This document shows, in pieces, positions 38,907 through 52,000 of a stretch of 64,000 nucleotides of DNA. Made by a program: the position numbers and the translations under genes. The DNA is from Amphiscolops sp. MND2022 (lineage: Eukaryota). Each line of letters opens with the position of its first letter. Positions within the stretch are counted from its first letter, which is position 1. Location of the stretch: contig OZ076409.1 in NCBI GenBank assembly GCA_964187785.1, forward strand, positions 56,112,001 through 56,176,000, given 5' to 3'. A model generated the notes under the pieces. It was not told where the DNA came from and ran no database searches. It worked only from the letters and a program-made list of their open reading frames with translations.

Positions 38907-39404
38907 ATGTTTATCATCGGAGCCAGCTGTCTCGATAATATCCTAAAGTCAACGTCCATCCCTCATTCCTTTCGTTATTCACTCTCCAAAAGATCCTTTG
39001 CAATACGAGGACTCAGTTTCAACACTTCTTCGAATTATCGTTTCAAAGTTTTGCAAAATCTTCTTCGTCGTGGCCCACTCGCACGCAAACAAAACATAGT
39101 CATTTGGTACGACGTCATTAGTAACAGCCTCTCGAAGCATCAGAGCAACAATTACACATCCCTGTCACCGGAAGAGTTGATTCAACTGCTCTTTGAATTC
39201 CGAAATCGCATCCGCGCCATTGTTTACGTTCAACGGAGTGGAAGTCCGAACATCCTGAAAGAACTTTTTTCATCTCGAATCCTCATTTTAGACGCTGAAA
39301 ATGAATTGTTGTCTCGACGAAAACGAAGGACTCCTTCTGTCATCCGTGCGTTGAGTAGTGTTCACCCTTCGCTTGCCTTGGATTGCATTTACTTCGCATT
39401 GTAG
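38907..39404 (+). CDS. Extra ORF upstream of gag in the BEL element; SGNH/GDSL hydrolase-like
   Basis: ATG at 38907. Motifs FIIGAS, FAIRGLS, IVIWYDVISNS and SSVHP are spaced like SGNH blocks I, II, III and V. There is a probable frameshift near 39380, with a continuation LHLLRIVVKHQQNLVSLLKKQRKNKR in another frame. Confidence 0.55.
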   Translation: MFIIGASCLDNILKSTSIPHSFRYSLSKRSFAIRGLSFNTSSNYRFKVLQNLLRRGPLARKQNIVIWYDVISNSLSKHQSNNYTSLSPEELIQLLFEFRNRIRAIVYVQRSGSPNILKELFSSRILILDAENELLSRRKRRTPSVIRALSSVHPSLALDCIYFAL

Positions 39405-39637
39405 TCAAGCATCAACAAAACCTTGTTTCACTCCTGAAAAAACAGCGCAAAAACAAGCGAGACAGGCTGTCCTCCCAGGCTCATCAAAAACATCTGTTGC
39501 TAACGATTTTTTGATCCTTGTGACACTCAAAGTGCGTTAACTCGCACGGGTCGATCAGGGTGAGATTAGTCGTTCGTAACATCTTTCCGAAAAAGGAACA
39601 TCTTTCGTTTCCATCGAAATTTTTCAGCTGCTTCGCA

Positions 39638-42600
39638 ATGCCTCCCAATACTTATAATTTACGCAATCGTGAGCCGTCTAACGGTGACGATGCCCATGTT
39701 GACGTCTCGGCCGACACTCAAACTGTCGACTCTGAGCCTTCTGAAATCAACACTCACTATCCACAGCCTCATTTTGTTACAGCAGGAAGAAGTTGCAAGT
39801 TTATCTTTTGGCAATGATTTGCTGAAGTAACTACACAGATTTTGATGATATTAGTTCCGTTACGTCGGAATTAACAGTTGCTGAAGCTGAGCTTGTTCGA
39901 TTGACGAAATCTTTAGCCCTTCATATCTCAACCACAGATTTGGCACCTCATGCCAACAAATTGACATCTATCAAACTCGACATTCGTCGCTTCAAGGTAT
40001 CTGTGGCTAGAAGCAAAAGGTCCTCTTGTAGTGGTAGTAACTCTAACGATCCTCCGGCGCCGGCCGCTGCAACTTCTGACCTTCCTTCATCGTCTTCGCA
40101 TCATCCCCACGGAGACGACTCAACTGCTCTACCTCCATTAACCAATGCCGTTTCATTTTCATCAACCACTTTTGAGCCCAATATGCCATTGTCAAACAAT
40201 CTTCAAACTAATCCTTTCGGTATTACGCAATCGGTCGACACATCTACGCATGAAAATGCTTTTGATCCAGCGTCCATCAGCACGACCAACGCCCTTCATG
40301 ACAATACAGACACTGTGCCACCGCAACGTCGACTGACCTTGCCAAAAATTCAACCACCTGTTTTCCAGGGCGATCCCTTGGCTTGGTTAGATTGGTTTGG
40401 TCTTTTTTCCGCTACCATCGACAGTGCTGCAATTTCGCAAGCGGAAAAGATCATCCACTTACAAACTCTTGTCTCTGGAGAACCAAAAGCATTAATTGTC
40501 GGTTATGGTTGTAATCCCGCGATGTACCAGTATGCACTATCTAGATTGAAGTCAACATACGGCAAACCTGATCGTATTGTGATGTCATTTCTTCAACGTC
40601 TCCAAACATTCAGGCAACCATCCGAATTCCATCACGAACTATGCAAATTTCATCTCTTCTCTTGTCGATACCTTCACACAATTAAATTTTCTCCATGACC
40701 TTCACTCCACCGTCAACCTTACCAGTGCACTTTCGAAACTGCCGGCCGACGTTAGGCTAAATTGGAACGATCCTCCGGCGCCGGCCGCTGCAACTTCTGA
40801 CCTTCCTTCATCGTCTTCGCATCATCCCCACGGAGACGACTCAACTGCTCTACCTCCATTAACCAATGCCGTTTCATTTTCATCAACCACTTTTGAGCCC
40901 AATATGCCATTGTCAAACAATCTTCAAACTAATCCTTTCGGTATTACGCAATCGGTCGACACATCTACGCATGAAAATGCTTTTGATCCAGCGTCCATCA
41001 GCACGACCAACGCCCTTCATGACAATACAGACACTGTGCCACCGCAACGTCGATTGACCTTGCCAAAAATTCAACCACCTGTTTTCCAGGGCGATCCCTT
41101 GGCTTGGTTAGATTGGTTTGGTCTTTTTTCCGCTACCATCGACAGTGCTGCAATTTCGCAAGCGGAAAAGATCATCCACTTACAAACTCTTGTCTCTGGA
41201 GAACCAAAAGCATTAATTGCCGGTTATGGTTGTAATCCCGCGATGTACCAGTATGCACTATCTAGATTGAAGTCAACATACGGCAAACCTGATCGTATTG
41301 TGATGTCATTTCTTCAACGTCTCCAAACATTCAGGCAACCATCCGAATTCCATCACGAACTATGCAAATTTCATCTCTTCTCTTGTCGATACCTTCACAC
41401 AATTAAATTTTCTCCATGACCTTCACTCCACCGTCAACCTTACCAGTGCACTTTCGAAACTGCCGGCCGATGTTAGGCTAAATTGGAATCGCCACGTGCT
41501 TTCGCAAAACATCATAGACCCGTCGCTCAGAAATTTTGCTCCTTGGCTTCAAAACTTTGCTACAGCTTGTCGTGACAGCTTTATTCCTTTCTCTGACACT
41601 AATCACAACGGACGTTCCTCCTCATCAACAAATGCGCGAGCTCAAGGCCACAATTCCAAAACGCCGTTCGTCAAACCGTCTTCTCAATCTAGTTTATGTC
41701 CGGAGAAGAAAGGTTGTGTCTACGAGGGAGCTGCGAGCATTTCAAAGCATTTTCTCCAATAGACCGCAAAAATTACGCTAAGAAGTACCACTTGTGCTTC
41801 AACTGTCTGAAGGGTCATACCTCCAATGATTGCAAGTCAACAAAAGTTTGTCAGCAACCTGGATGTATGAAAAAACACCACACCTTGCTCCATATTGACA
41901 GACAAGGTCAAAATCAAATACAATCTTCAACATTGTCCACTTCGCGGCATCTAAACCCCGGTCTCCGTCCAATTGTGCATGTGACTGTTTCATCGGGTGG
42001 TAAAACTGCAGACGTGTTCGCCCTTCTAGACACAGGCAGCTCAGTGTCTTTGATCACCAAGAAAATTGCTGAACATTTAGTCGGTCATTTACCAGAGTCT
42101 TCCCCTATTCTTCTTGAAGGCGTCAACACTACATCAACTGTTGCTGCTATATCACTCGACTTGACAATTGCTCCTTACAATGCCGCAGCGGCAATGCCAT
42201 TGCGCAATGTTTTGGCGGTGCCTACCTTGAACCTCCAAACATTTGATTCAGCGCCCATCAATTCATTGTGCCAACAGTACCCTCACCTGCAACACGTCTG
42301 ATTTCCTTACCTAAAACAATCGACTGTCGATCTTCTCATCGGTTCGGATCAATTCGACCTCATTCATAGTCGTACTGTGATTCGAGGGCCGCCCAACACA
42401 CCTTGTGCTATGTCGACAAAACTTGGTTGGACAGTTGCCGGTCGTTCGATACTTCCCACAACAGCTGCCACAAACGTTACAAATCTTCGATCTCGACATG
42501 AAGCTCTTCCAGCAAGTTCAAGAGTGGATACACATTGATTGCTCTGGCATCACGAGTAGCAAAAAAAGTCTGTCTGCTGAAGATCAGCAAGCTCTCTCCA

Positions 42601-45600
42601 TCTTGAAGAAAACTACCAAACTTGTTGATGGACACTATGAAATTGGCCTCTTTTGGAAGAACCATGTCTCTCTGCCTAACAACAAATGGGTAGCTCAAAA
42701 GCAGCTATCGTCACTTGAAATCAAGTTGGCACGAAAACCTCAACTAGGTTCTCTTTACGAAGCGTCCATTGCAAACGACATCGAGAAGGGATACGTGTCT
42801 GTTGTACCTGACTCCGAAGCGAATCGAGAAGACGCTTGGTATCTTCCACATCACCCTGTAACCAATGTAAATAAACCTGGTAAAATTTGAAGAGTAACCA
42901 ATGCATCATCAGTTTATCAAGGTACTTCGCTGAATTCTAGTCTTCTGAAAGGACCTGACTTGTTGTGTAACCTTACTGGTTTGATTATGCGCTTTCGCGA
43001 AAAATGTGTTGCCTTATCCGCTGACATTGAAGCAATGTTCATGCAAGTTTCAGTACCCCCTTCAGATAGACGCTTCTTACGATATTTATGGCGTAACGAA
43101 GTTCATGAATACAATCGCCATATTTTTGGTGCCACAGATTCACCCTGTGCTGCTTGCTACGCTGTTCGACAATGCGCCGAGGGCAACAAAACTGCCTATC
43201 CTGACGCTCCAAATTTGGTCGCTCGTCACATCTACATGGACGATCTCTATGTGTCGACTGATACCCTCGAAGAAGCAAAGAATTTGCGCACAGTCCTCCA
43301 AACAGTTTTAGCAACCGGTGGTTTCTATTTAACGAAATGGACGTCCAACAACCTTGAATTCAATCAGTCCATTCCAGAGTCCGACAGGTCGAATTCAGCA
43401 CCAATCAATCCAAACAAGAAAGTTATCGACAGAGTAATAGGCGTGAAATGGAATACGATTGACGATTGCTATCTTTTGGAACCTACCAATTTTCAAGACA
43501 CTCCAAAAAAGCTAACTCAAAGAACACTACTGAAGTACGTTTCTTCAATTTTTGACCCTCTTGGTATGTCGTCACCTATTCAAATTCGCGTTCGCACCTC
43601 TCTTCAGCAAATTTGGAAGGATAACCAGCATTGGGATCGTCCCATCGCGCTGCAGATTATCCTGAGCTGAAAGTTTTTCGAAGATGTAGCGAATCTTTCG
43701 ACAGTTCACATCAAGCGACATTATTTCGAAGCTTCCAAGCAACCAGTTCGTAAAGAATTACACGTTTTTAACGATGCTTCTGAAAAAGCAATAGCCAATG
43801 TTGTATTTCTTCGTACAGTTTTCTCCGACAAATCCGTGAGTCTCAGTTTCATTCTAGGAAAAGCTCGAGTAGCACCAATCAAGAGAATGACCACCCCCAA
43901 TCTCGAACTATTGGCAGGAACGAACGGAGCCAAACTGGCTCAATTCATCAAAGAAGAGCAAAACTTTTTTTGACAATTGTATATTGGACAGACAGCACTA
44001 CAGTTCTATCTTGGATCAACTCATCCGAGAGCCGACACAAAATTTTCATAGCCAACCGTATATCCATCATTCTCTCAACTTCGACTGTGTCGCAGTGGCG
44101 TTACGTTCCCACAGACTTGAATCCGGCCGACGATGGTACTAGAGGAATACCGGTTTCAAATTTTAGATCCGAGTCAAGATGGCTCAAAGGACCCGATTTC
44201 CTTCTGAAAAATTCAGAGACTTGGCCAGACAGACCACACATCGCACCCGAATGTCCAAATTCTTGTTTCCCTCTGCACCCAATTGACGCAATCGTATCTT
44301 TTCAAAATTTAGTCAATGGACTCGTCTCCTCAAAACCGTTGCATTCTGTTATTTTTTGTTGGACAAACACCGTCGCATCAATGATAGATTGGGTGTTGCT
44401 CACCTTATGAAAGCGTTCAGATGGATCTTATTGGAGACTCAACGAACTTCGTTTCCGGAAGAAATCAACGCTCTAAGGAATCAAAAACCTCCTGCGTCTA
44501 GCTCACGAATATCATCGCTCTCTCCATTTCTTGATCGTCAATGTCTTCTTCGCTCTCGTGGCAGGCTTTCCAAAGCTAAATATCTGCTTGTGGCTCGTTA
44601 CCCAATCATTCTTGATTCGAAACATCCGGCAGTAAAACAATTTCTCCTCCATATACACAAAAGCAACTCCCATGCTAGTCTCGAACAGTCTCGTAGCATT
44701 GTTCAAGAGCAGTTTTGGGTTCTACGTTGTCGATCTGCACTCAAGACCATCATCCATCATTGTATTCCTTGCAAAAGGAATACCCAGCATGTTGACTATC
44801 CGATCATGGCTGATTGTCGCTTACCTTCTGCCAACCACTTTCCATTTCTTACAACAGGACTCGATTTCGTTGGTCCGTTTCCCATCAAAGACAATGGTCA
44901 ATTCGAGAGACGATATTGCTTGCTATTTACTTGCCTTGTCACAAGAGCTGTTCATATCGAAACTTGTGCTGATCTTAATACTGAGACAACCCACATGGCA
45001 ATACGTCGTTTCGTTTCTTTGCGTGGAAATCCACAACAAATCTACTCTGACAAAGCGACAACTTTCATCAAAGCTAGTGAAGAACTGAAAGATGGCATTG
45101 AGAAACTTCGAACGGACAATTCCTTTCGCGACGCCGTGTTACTACTCCATTTGGATTGGCGCTTTATCCCCCCATCATCGCCTCATTTTGTTGGTTCTTG
45201 GGAGAGTTTGGTAAAGGTGTTCAAGAATGCTTTTTACCGTGTAATTGGTTCTCGAACTTTGACTCATGACACCCTCTCGACGTTTGTGTGCGAGGTTGCT
45301 GCTATGATGAATGGTCGACCTCTTACTCAAGTATCCAGCGATTTCCGAGACGTGGAACCAATCACACCAAACCATTTCCTGCTGGGCCGTCCATCGCCAA
45401 ATTTTCCACCCGGCATTTTCTGGGACAAGTCAATTACTATCTCCAGCAGTTGGAAGCAAGCACAACACATCTCTGATCAGTTTTGGAATCGTTTTCTGAA
45501 AGAATACATGCCTACTCTCCTCAAGCGTGGCAAATGGTCCACTCCAACCCAGAATTTGCAGCCTGGCGACTTGGTTTGGGTGCTAGATTTCACACCACGT

Positions 45601-45750
45601 GGGTTATGGCCGATGGCAAGAGTTGACAGTGTTTCCGGGGGCGGATGGAGTCGTGCGATCTTGCAGACTCAAAACGACCTATGGCTACATTCACAGACCA
45701 GTCGTGAAGTTGTCAAAAATCCCTGTCGACATCGTAAACAAAACTTGAAA
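39638..45750 (+). pseudogene. BEL gag-pol polyprotein, frameshifted and with stops
   Basis: Gag LPKIQPPVFQGDPLAWLDWFGLF; Zn knuckles CFNCLKGH..C..C....C.KKHHTLLH; protease ALLDTGS; RT YLPHHPV and YMDD; RNase H LHVFNDAS and YWTDS; integrase GLDFVGP, FTCLVTRAVH and ITPNHFL. Confidence 0.95.
40045..41488. repeat. 721-bp tandem duplication inside BEL gag
   Basis: 40045-40765 is repeated from 40766. The junction shares AA; I see 3 substitutions between copies. Confidence 0.95.
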
Positions 45751-45817
45751 TTTCGCCTTAATTTTACCTGAATAGTGATATCAACTTTCATCCAAACCCT
45801 TTTTCGGTGTCGGAATA

Positions 45818-46229
45818 TGTTGTGACTCAACATTTTGATCGATGAATTTCGACGTGAAATCTTTTGAATAGTTTTTGATTGTTGTTTAATTCGTATTGCT
45901 CATAGCAAGTTCTCCTGAATGGAATCATTCAAAAATTAATCTTTGCGTTTTTGCAAGATATAGAAACGAAACTCAAGAAAAGAAAAGAGAAAGAGGAAAC
46001 CAATTCCTCAGGTAAATATATTTTGAAACTGTCCCCTCTTTGTTACCCTTCCTCTTTTCTGATTATTCTTATATAATAAATATATTTTATATAATATCAG
46101 TTATTTTACTGGTCTCAACCTTTTACTAATCTTAGTCAGTGTTTCCGGGCATTTCCTGACCATTCATTTTATGGCCACTGTCCCCACGACTGCTATGACG
46201 AATTCACCCATTATGCGAGGTCAGTAACA
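45818..46229 (+). repeat. 3' LTR of the BEL element (412 bp)
   Basis: Matches the 5' LTR apart from about 4 substitutions and a 5-bp indel in the GAAAA tract. Confidence 0.95.
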
Positions 46230-46682
46230 CATGTTTTTAAGCACCTCTAAAAGTGTTAAAAGTTCAAAATGCATAAAAAGTAGCTCGAAAATCACAAAAA
46301 TTTAGTGATAGATGGGTAGTTCGATGGTTTACCAATCAGACTTTTGAAAATCACTATCTATTACGAACATTTTTTCCATATTCATTGACGACCCAAATCA
46401 TCAACAGGATTGTCGAATGTAAATTACTAGATCAACAAATCGAAAGAATATTTTGAATTTCCAACAATTGTAGAAGTCTTTCGCTTCCGAGTTCTTCATT
46501 TTATCCCAATGAGGGCTCCATCGGAGATTAAAATCCATAATGAGTTCTTGTGTTGGTAACATTCCATTTACACAATCGAAAAATTGTTTAGTTCAAGAAA
46601 CTGGTCTCCTGTGTGTTAAATTATCCTTTTTTCAAGTGGCGTCAAGAAACGACAGAAACGTTCTGACACGCATTCAAACAAG

Positions 46683-47274
46683 CAAGCCGGGAACGGCCCA
46701 AGTCGGCGCCATATCTAAGGCTCAAAAACAGCAAAAGGACTTCAAAGTGTCAAAGTATTCTCTTCTACGGTACCAGAAAAACTCAAAAGTTGAACCGAAT
46801 TGGCGCACTAGAGGGGACACTTTGAAATTTTTCATCCATTCTGTCGCAAATCATCAAAAAAAAATGGAGGGACACTTTTGGTGAAAAAATTTTTTTGAAA
46901 AAAAGTCTCACAATGCCGAAAAAACTGAAAGGGGGGACCCTTTGGGATTTTTCAACATCCGTTCTGTCGGAAAACTCCAAAAAAATTGAAGGGGGGACCC
47001 TTTGGGGAAATTTTTTTTTCGAAAAAAAGTCTCACAGAGCCGAAAATACTCTAAGGGAGTACCCTTTGGTCCATTTGAGTTTCTTAGATGATGTAAAAAT
47101 ACTACTTCGCAAGCTTTTAAAGTATGTCAAATTTGCTAAGTAAGAATGTAAGATTTTAAGATTGTAAGAAAAGTGGACCGATCGATCAGTGTGAGGATTG
47201 TAGTCTGAAGAAAAAAAAAGGTCACTGCTATAGTCGGGCATTTTTCCTTAAAAGGATAAAGCGCCGACTAAAAA
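46683..47274 (-). mobile_element. Family-1 HINE
   Basis: CAAGCCGGGAACGGCCCAAGTCGGCGCC ... AAGCGCCGACTAAAAA. Confidence 0.8.
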
Positions 47275-47760
47275 GACCTGGCTCGTAGTGTCATTTCCAA
47301 ATGAACACTTACCGACAAAAGTTCTGCCCGTCTGATCAAATCCAAATGCTCGAAAACGTTTCACAATAAAATGAAAATTGCTGATAGATATAGCACCTCC
47401 ATATCAGAAGAGTACTCAATGTTTTGAGATCCCATTTGCTATAGAACTTGTGAATTTATGGAAACTTTGCATATGACCAATTTCGACAAAATTGTTATAT
47501 TTTAGAGAAAATTCTTGATAAAACAAAAAATGCCATTTTGAGAATACTCCTGCGTCAGCACTGAATCTAACCTGCAAGAGATTGTGGTAGGTTTTTCGAA
47601 AAACGTCATCGAGTAAAAACTAAATTTTCCTAATTGTCTCAAGTTTAAAGACAGCGATATTCTTTGTTTTTAAAATGTTAGCAAAATATTACTGTTTACA
47701 AATTATTATCTGAATGTTTTTGGGAACGCTAAAACATAAAAAATCATAAACATTAAAAAA

Positions 47761-48193
47761 TTTTTACTCGGCGCTTCATGAAGTGAAACGCGATTATAAT
47801 AATGACTTTTTCCAATCCAACGAACTGACCAAAATAGTTCAACAAAATTTTAAGGGGCCAAATTCTACCATTTGGCCCAGGGAACTGAACTATAATAGTT
47901 GTTCCTTTTTTAAGCGTAACATACAAAGCCGGACGAAACTAAAACGTCCCACTTCTGATTTTTTCGGGACTTGGGCTTTTTCGGCGGAATTTTTTTAATG
48001 TCTCCAAAGGGCCCCCTTCATTTTTGTGTTATTTTGGAACAGAATGAATGTTGAAAAGTCCCCTTTCGTGCGCCGATTCGGTCCTTTGGGTTTTTCGGGT
48101 ACTGTGGAAGAGAATACTTGACACTTTTAAGACCTTTTGCTAATTTTGAGCCTTGAGCGGGGGCACCGACTTATGCCGTTCCCGGCTTGTTTT
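47761..48193 (+). mobile_element. Family-1 HINE, diverged
   Basis: TTTTTACTCGGCGC ... GCACCGACTTATGCCGTTCCCGGCTTGTTTT. Confidence 0.7.
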
Positions 48194-49014
48194 CGATGCA
48201 TGGCATCAGTACGGCCAATGACGAGAACTGCAAAAAATTGAAATTCAATTGCTGCGAAACGTTCATCTCAGGATTTTTCTTTTCAGATTCTTTCTGAGAA
48301 ACAAGATGACACTCTGTTTCAGCAGCACGGGTTTCTACCAAAACATCGCATTTTTCTCGAAATCGGCAGAATACGAAGTTTCAGTAGTTTCACGAATTCT
48401 ATGGGAAATTAAATTTAAAAACATGCTTGAAAATTGTTTTCGTATGAAGGCAGTGTATCTATTAGCAACATTTCAAAACTCATTTCATGTGAAACGCTTT
48501 GAAGCGATTGAACTTTTTCAACTAGGGGCAGAACTTTTGTCGGTAAGTGTAACATCGGCATATATGATCAATTTGAACAGAAGGCAAAAAGTATATAACT
48601 TCTACTTGCCAGTCAAAACGATACTAATTCGCTAGACAAAACAAGTCGGCGACCGGTCAAAGTCGGTGCCCCGCTCAAAGTTCAAGAAAGTGATGTTTTT
48701 AAAATATGCAAAAGGACTCTTTCAAAATTTCTCATTTTTTCAGTGCCAAAAAATACAAGGCATACAAACGCATACGACTCGAAAACCACGTTTTCCCCAA
48801 GTGGAAACAACGAAAAACGTTTCTAGTAAATCGAGGAGGAAGAGGGAGGGGTATTCGATAAAAACAAAGGAAAAAGTCACATGGAAAGAACGGCTATCTG
48901 AACCAAAACGCAAGAAAAAACAAAATTCGGATATAGTGTGCTGAGAAAACCTAATTTTAGGACGAAATATAATCATTTTGAAAAATCTCAATGTTGAAAA
49001 TTCTAAGACGACCC

Positions 49015-52000
49015 TGTCAGTGACTGTGGTCGAGCGGCTTTTATGATTTTGTTTTAGAGACATTCCAGTTTTATAGAACTTGTTATATTCGAATGTTCAG
49101 TTGGGTCAATTCTCCTTTGCTCAACAATCTAACTTCAGAGAAAATACAATTTGGGTAGAAAGATTAGTTTTATTATGACAAGTGAGAAAGTTAGATTAAG
49201 ATGAGAATATTTAGTACAGTTGAGTCAGTACAACAAGTTCTCTGTCTATTTTTCTTCTGGTCAGCTCGTCCACCTACTTACTTCGTCCAGCGTGTTGAAT
49301 TGTGATTGGCTGGCTCCTTGATAGGCTGTGATCTGTACTTCAACGAAATTTTGTTATTGTAGTACAGTTATCCATGACTTTGTCATGACACTCCCCGTTT
49401 TTAAGATGTCCCGGGTAGTTATGTTTCAGGTGGTGATGACAAGACGGCGGCATGAAACAGAAGAGAGATGAATCTACCGAATGAATCCAAGCAAAGGCTA
49501 CACATATGCCCAAAAGGAAAAAAGTTACTTACATATGACATAAGGAAATAAAATTAAGAAGAGCCTCAAAAAAAGAAGAACTAAGAAATGTGTCCTGCAT
49601 GAACAAGTGTGATACATGAAAAGCGCGAAAAGGAAAAAGGCCAGTTACAAAAGGGGCCAATGAATCAGAAAAGTTGGCATATGATCACAAACAAAAGCCA
49701 GGCGATAACAGCGTGGTTATTGACAGTATCGTGAAAGGAGCAACTATTGTTGCAAGTTGGACCGGAAGGTCAACAAAGCGGCACGTGTCGACGTGCGCAC
49801 TACACAAATGTTTATTTGGCAGTCAAGATAAAGAAGTGATTACTATATTTGCTAGATGAGACGTGTGCGTAGCAAACGTCACAAAAAGGGACGGAAGGCG
49901 ATGAACAATGTATTTATCGAAGTATGCGGTTGAATAAAAATGTATTACGTTTGTCCAGTTAATGATGAAAGAACAAATACGGAAAGTGTACGTGTAAACA
50001 GCAGCAGCAATCTCGAAATCGAAAAATGTACAAGAAATACAAATATATATGATGGCAGCAACTGACTGTGATTCAGCCAGCTACTCTAGAAACCTGTGGC
50101 GCAGATTTCCAATTATGGAACTTTGGAGGGGTACAAAAATGTACTGAAGCAACGAGGCACACAAAGTTCCTATTCCTAAAAAGGAAGAGGGAGTTACCTC
50201 TGCAGGAAAGGTATTAAAAATGCCGTTCGGCATGAAAAGTGTGGGGCCTTGGCGGGGTGGGTGGAGGAGCTAGAAAGCACCTGTCACGCCAAGGAAAAGA
50301 TTCATCAGTTTGTAAGAATGAAATATGTTCTTGGGGGACATGAAAGGTCGGTTGTGAGGTGATTTTTTTGGGTTGTTTCATTTTCTTTATCTTTGAGGAG
50401 ATGGGTGAATGGCATGAATTTATGCAAACTATGGTAGCGGTGAAACAAATACATGGGGAGCAAATGTAAAAGCAAGGATAATATGAAGCTACCAAGTCCG
50501 AGTAAAAATGTCATCTTCAATGTGGAGGTTTGTGCGAGTCTTGCTTGTATAGGTTGTTTTAGTTCGACCATCTGCATTGCAATGGGCTCAGCCAGAGCGT
50601 GAAGTCGTCGGCAAGTATTTGATCTCCTGCTTCATGGTGCGAAGAAGATTATATGATGGCAGCTTGTCCAATGGCGGCAAAGTACTCAGGATGTTTGCCA
50701 AAGGAACAGGGAGGTCCACATGGATATTAATTGACGGCATTTGGTAACATGTTTGGAGGTCAGACCTAATATACACATTAGGTCCATGAATTTGGCGGCC
50801 AAAGGCGAGTGTAAGGATACAAATTCGGCAGCCTGGGTAGACCTTCGTAGAAAGATGTGTTGTGTCATTCAGGTCTGACCTCACGGAGCTCAAAGTCGGG
50901 CGAAGGAGAAAGGATGAGCCAGATTCCAAATTAATGGCTCGTCCAGAGACCGGCAAGGCATATGGACGGAAGTCACAAAATTTCATGGCTTGTACTAAGT
51001 TGCCAAAGAACAAAAGGGAGAGACAGGAGGACCAAAGACCTTCTGTCGCTAAGCCATGATGACAGATGCTATATCGTGTAGATCCGATACAGCGTGTTAA
51101 ATTCGAGCGAGAGACAAGGGCAGGCTCACGACCATCCTCAGAAACAGTCAAAAACTCCGCTTCCAGATCCCAGATCAAGGCGTCTTTTGCATCGTCTTGT
51201 GGCATCAGAATCGGAATGGCTTGATAGAGCGTCATGACTGTTTGCCGGGAGGCCAAGGGAATCGACATCGTTAAAAGAAGGCCCTCTGGAAGGGCAACGA
51301 CGTCTTGCAATAACCTCGCCTAATAATAGGACAAAGTCTCATGAGGCAGGATCGCTAACGTCAAGCGGTCCAGGGCTTTGTTCTGGATGGATTGTACCAC
51401 GGAAATGATCTCATCAAGAGAAGTGCGATCCAACAAGGACATCGGGATGTACTGATTCAGAAGAGCCGGGATACTATTGAGGAGGTTAAACCTGTCAGCC
51501 AACAAGGCCGCACGATATGACTTGACATTGGAGTAGAACAGAGACAGAAGGGAAGCAACCGTATCAAAATTGAAATTGATCTGCTGGCGCGTGAAGAGGA
51601 ATTGGTCACATTTCCTCATCACGTGGATGTCGTCTCGAAAGGAGTCCATCTGCTGGGTGATGAAAGAGATGAAGTATTCTGTCGAGCAGATTTGGAGAAA
51701 GACGCCTGTCACCACGTCAGTGACTGTGGTCGAGCGGCTTTTATGATTTTGTTTTAGAGAGATTTCAGTTTTATAGAACTTGTTATATTCGAATGTTCAG
51801 TTGGGTCAATTCTCCTTTACTCAACAATCTAACTTCAGAGAAAATACAATTTGGGTAGAAAGATTAGTTTTATTATGACAAGTGAGAAAGTTAGATTAAG
51901 ATGAGAATATTTAGTACAGTTGAGTCAGTACAACAAGTTCTCTGTCTATTTTTCTTCTGGTCAGCTCGTCCACCTAGTTACTTCGTCCAGCGTGTTGAAT

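Larger units (their letters stand above)
38242..46229 (+). mobile_element. BEL/Pao LTR retrotransposon, full length, coding region decayed
   Basis: TG..CA LTRs at 38242-38648 and 45818-46229; 5-bp TSD CATGT; domain order gag-PR-RT-RH-IN with BEL-type motifs. Confidence 0.97.

Noticed and set aside
97..48190. Many short K/F/G-rich ORFs (e.g. KLKGGTLWDFSTS, PGTAQVGAISKAQ)
   Set aside because: They are chance translations of the non-coding HINE-1 repeat; frames are not conserved between copies.
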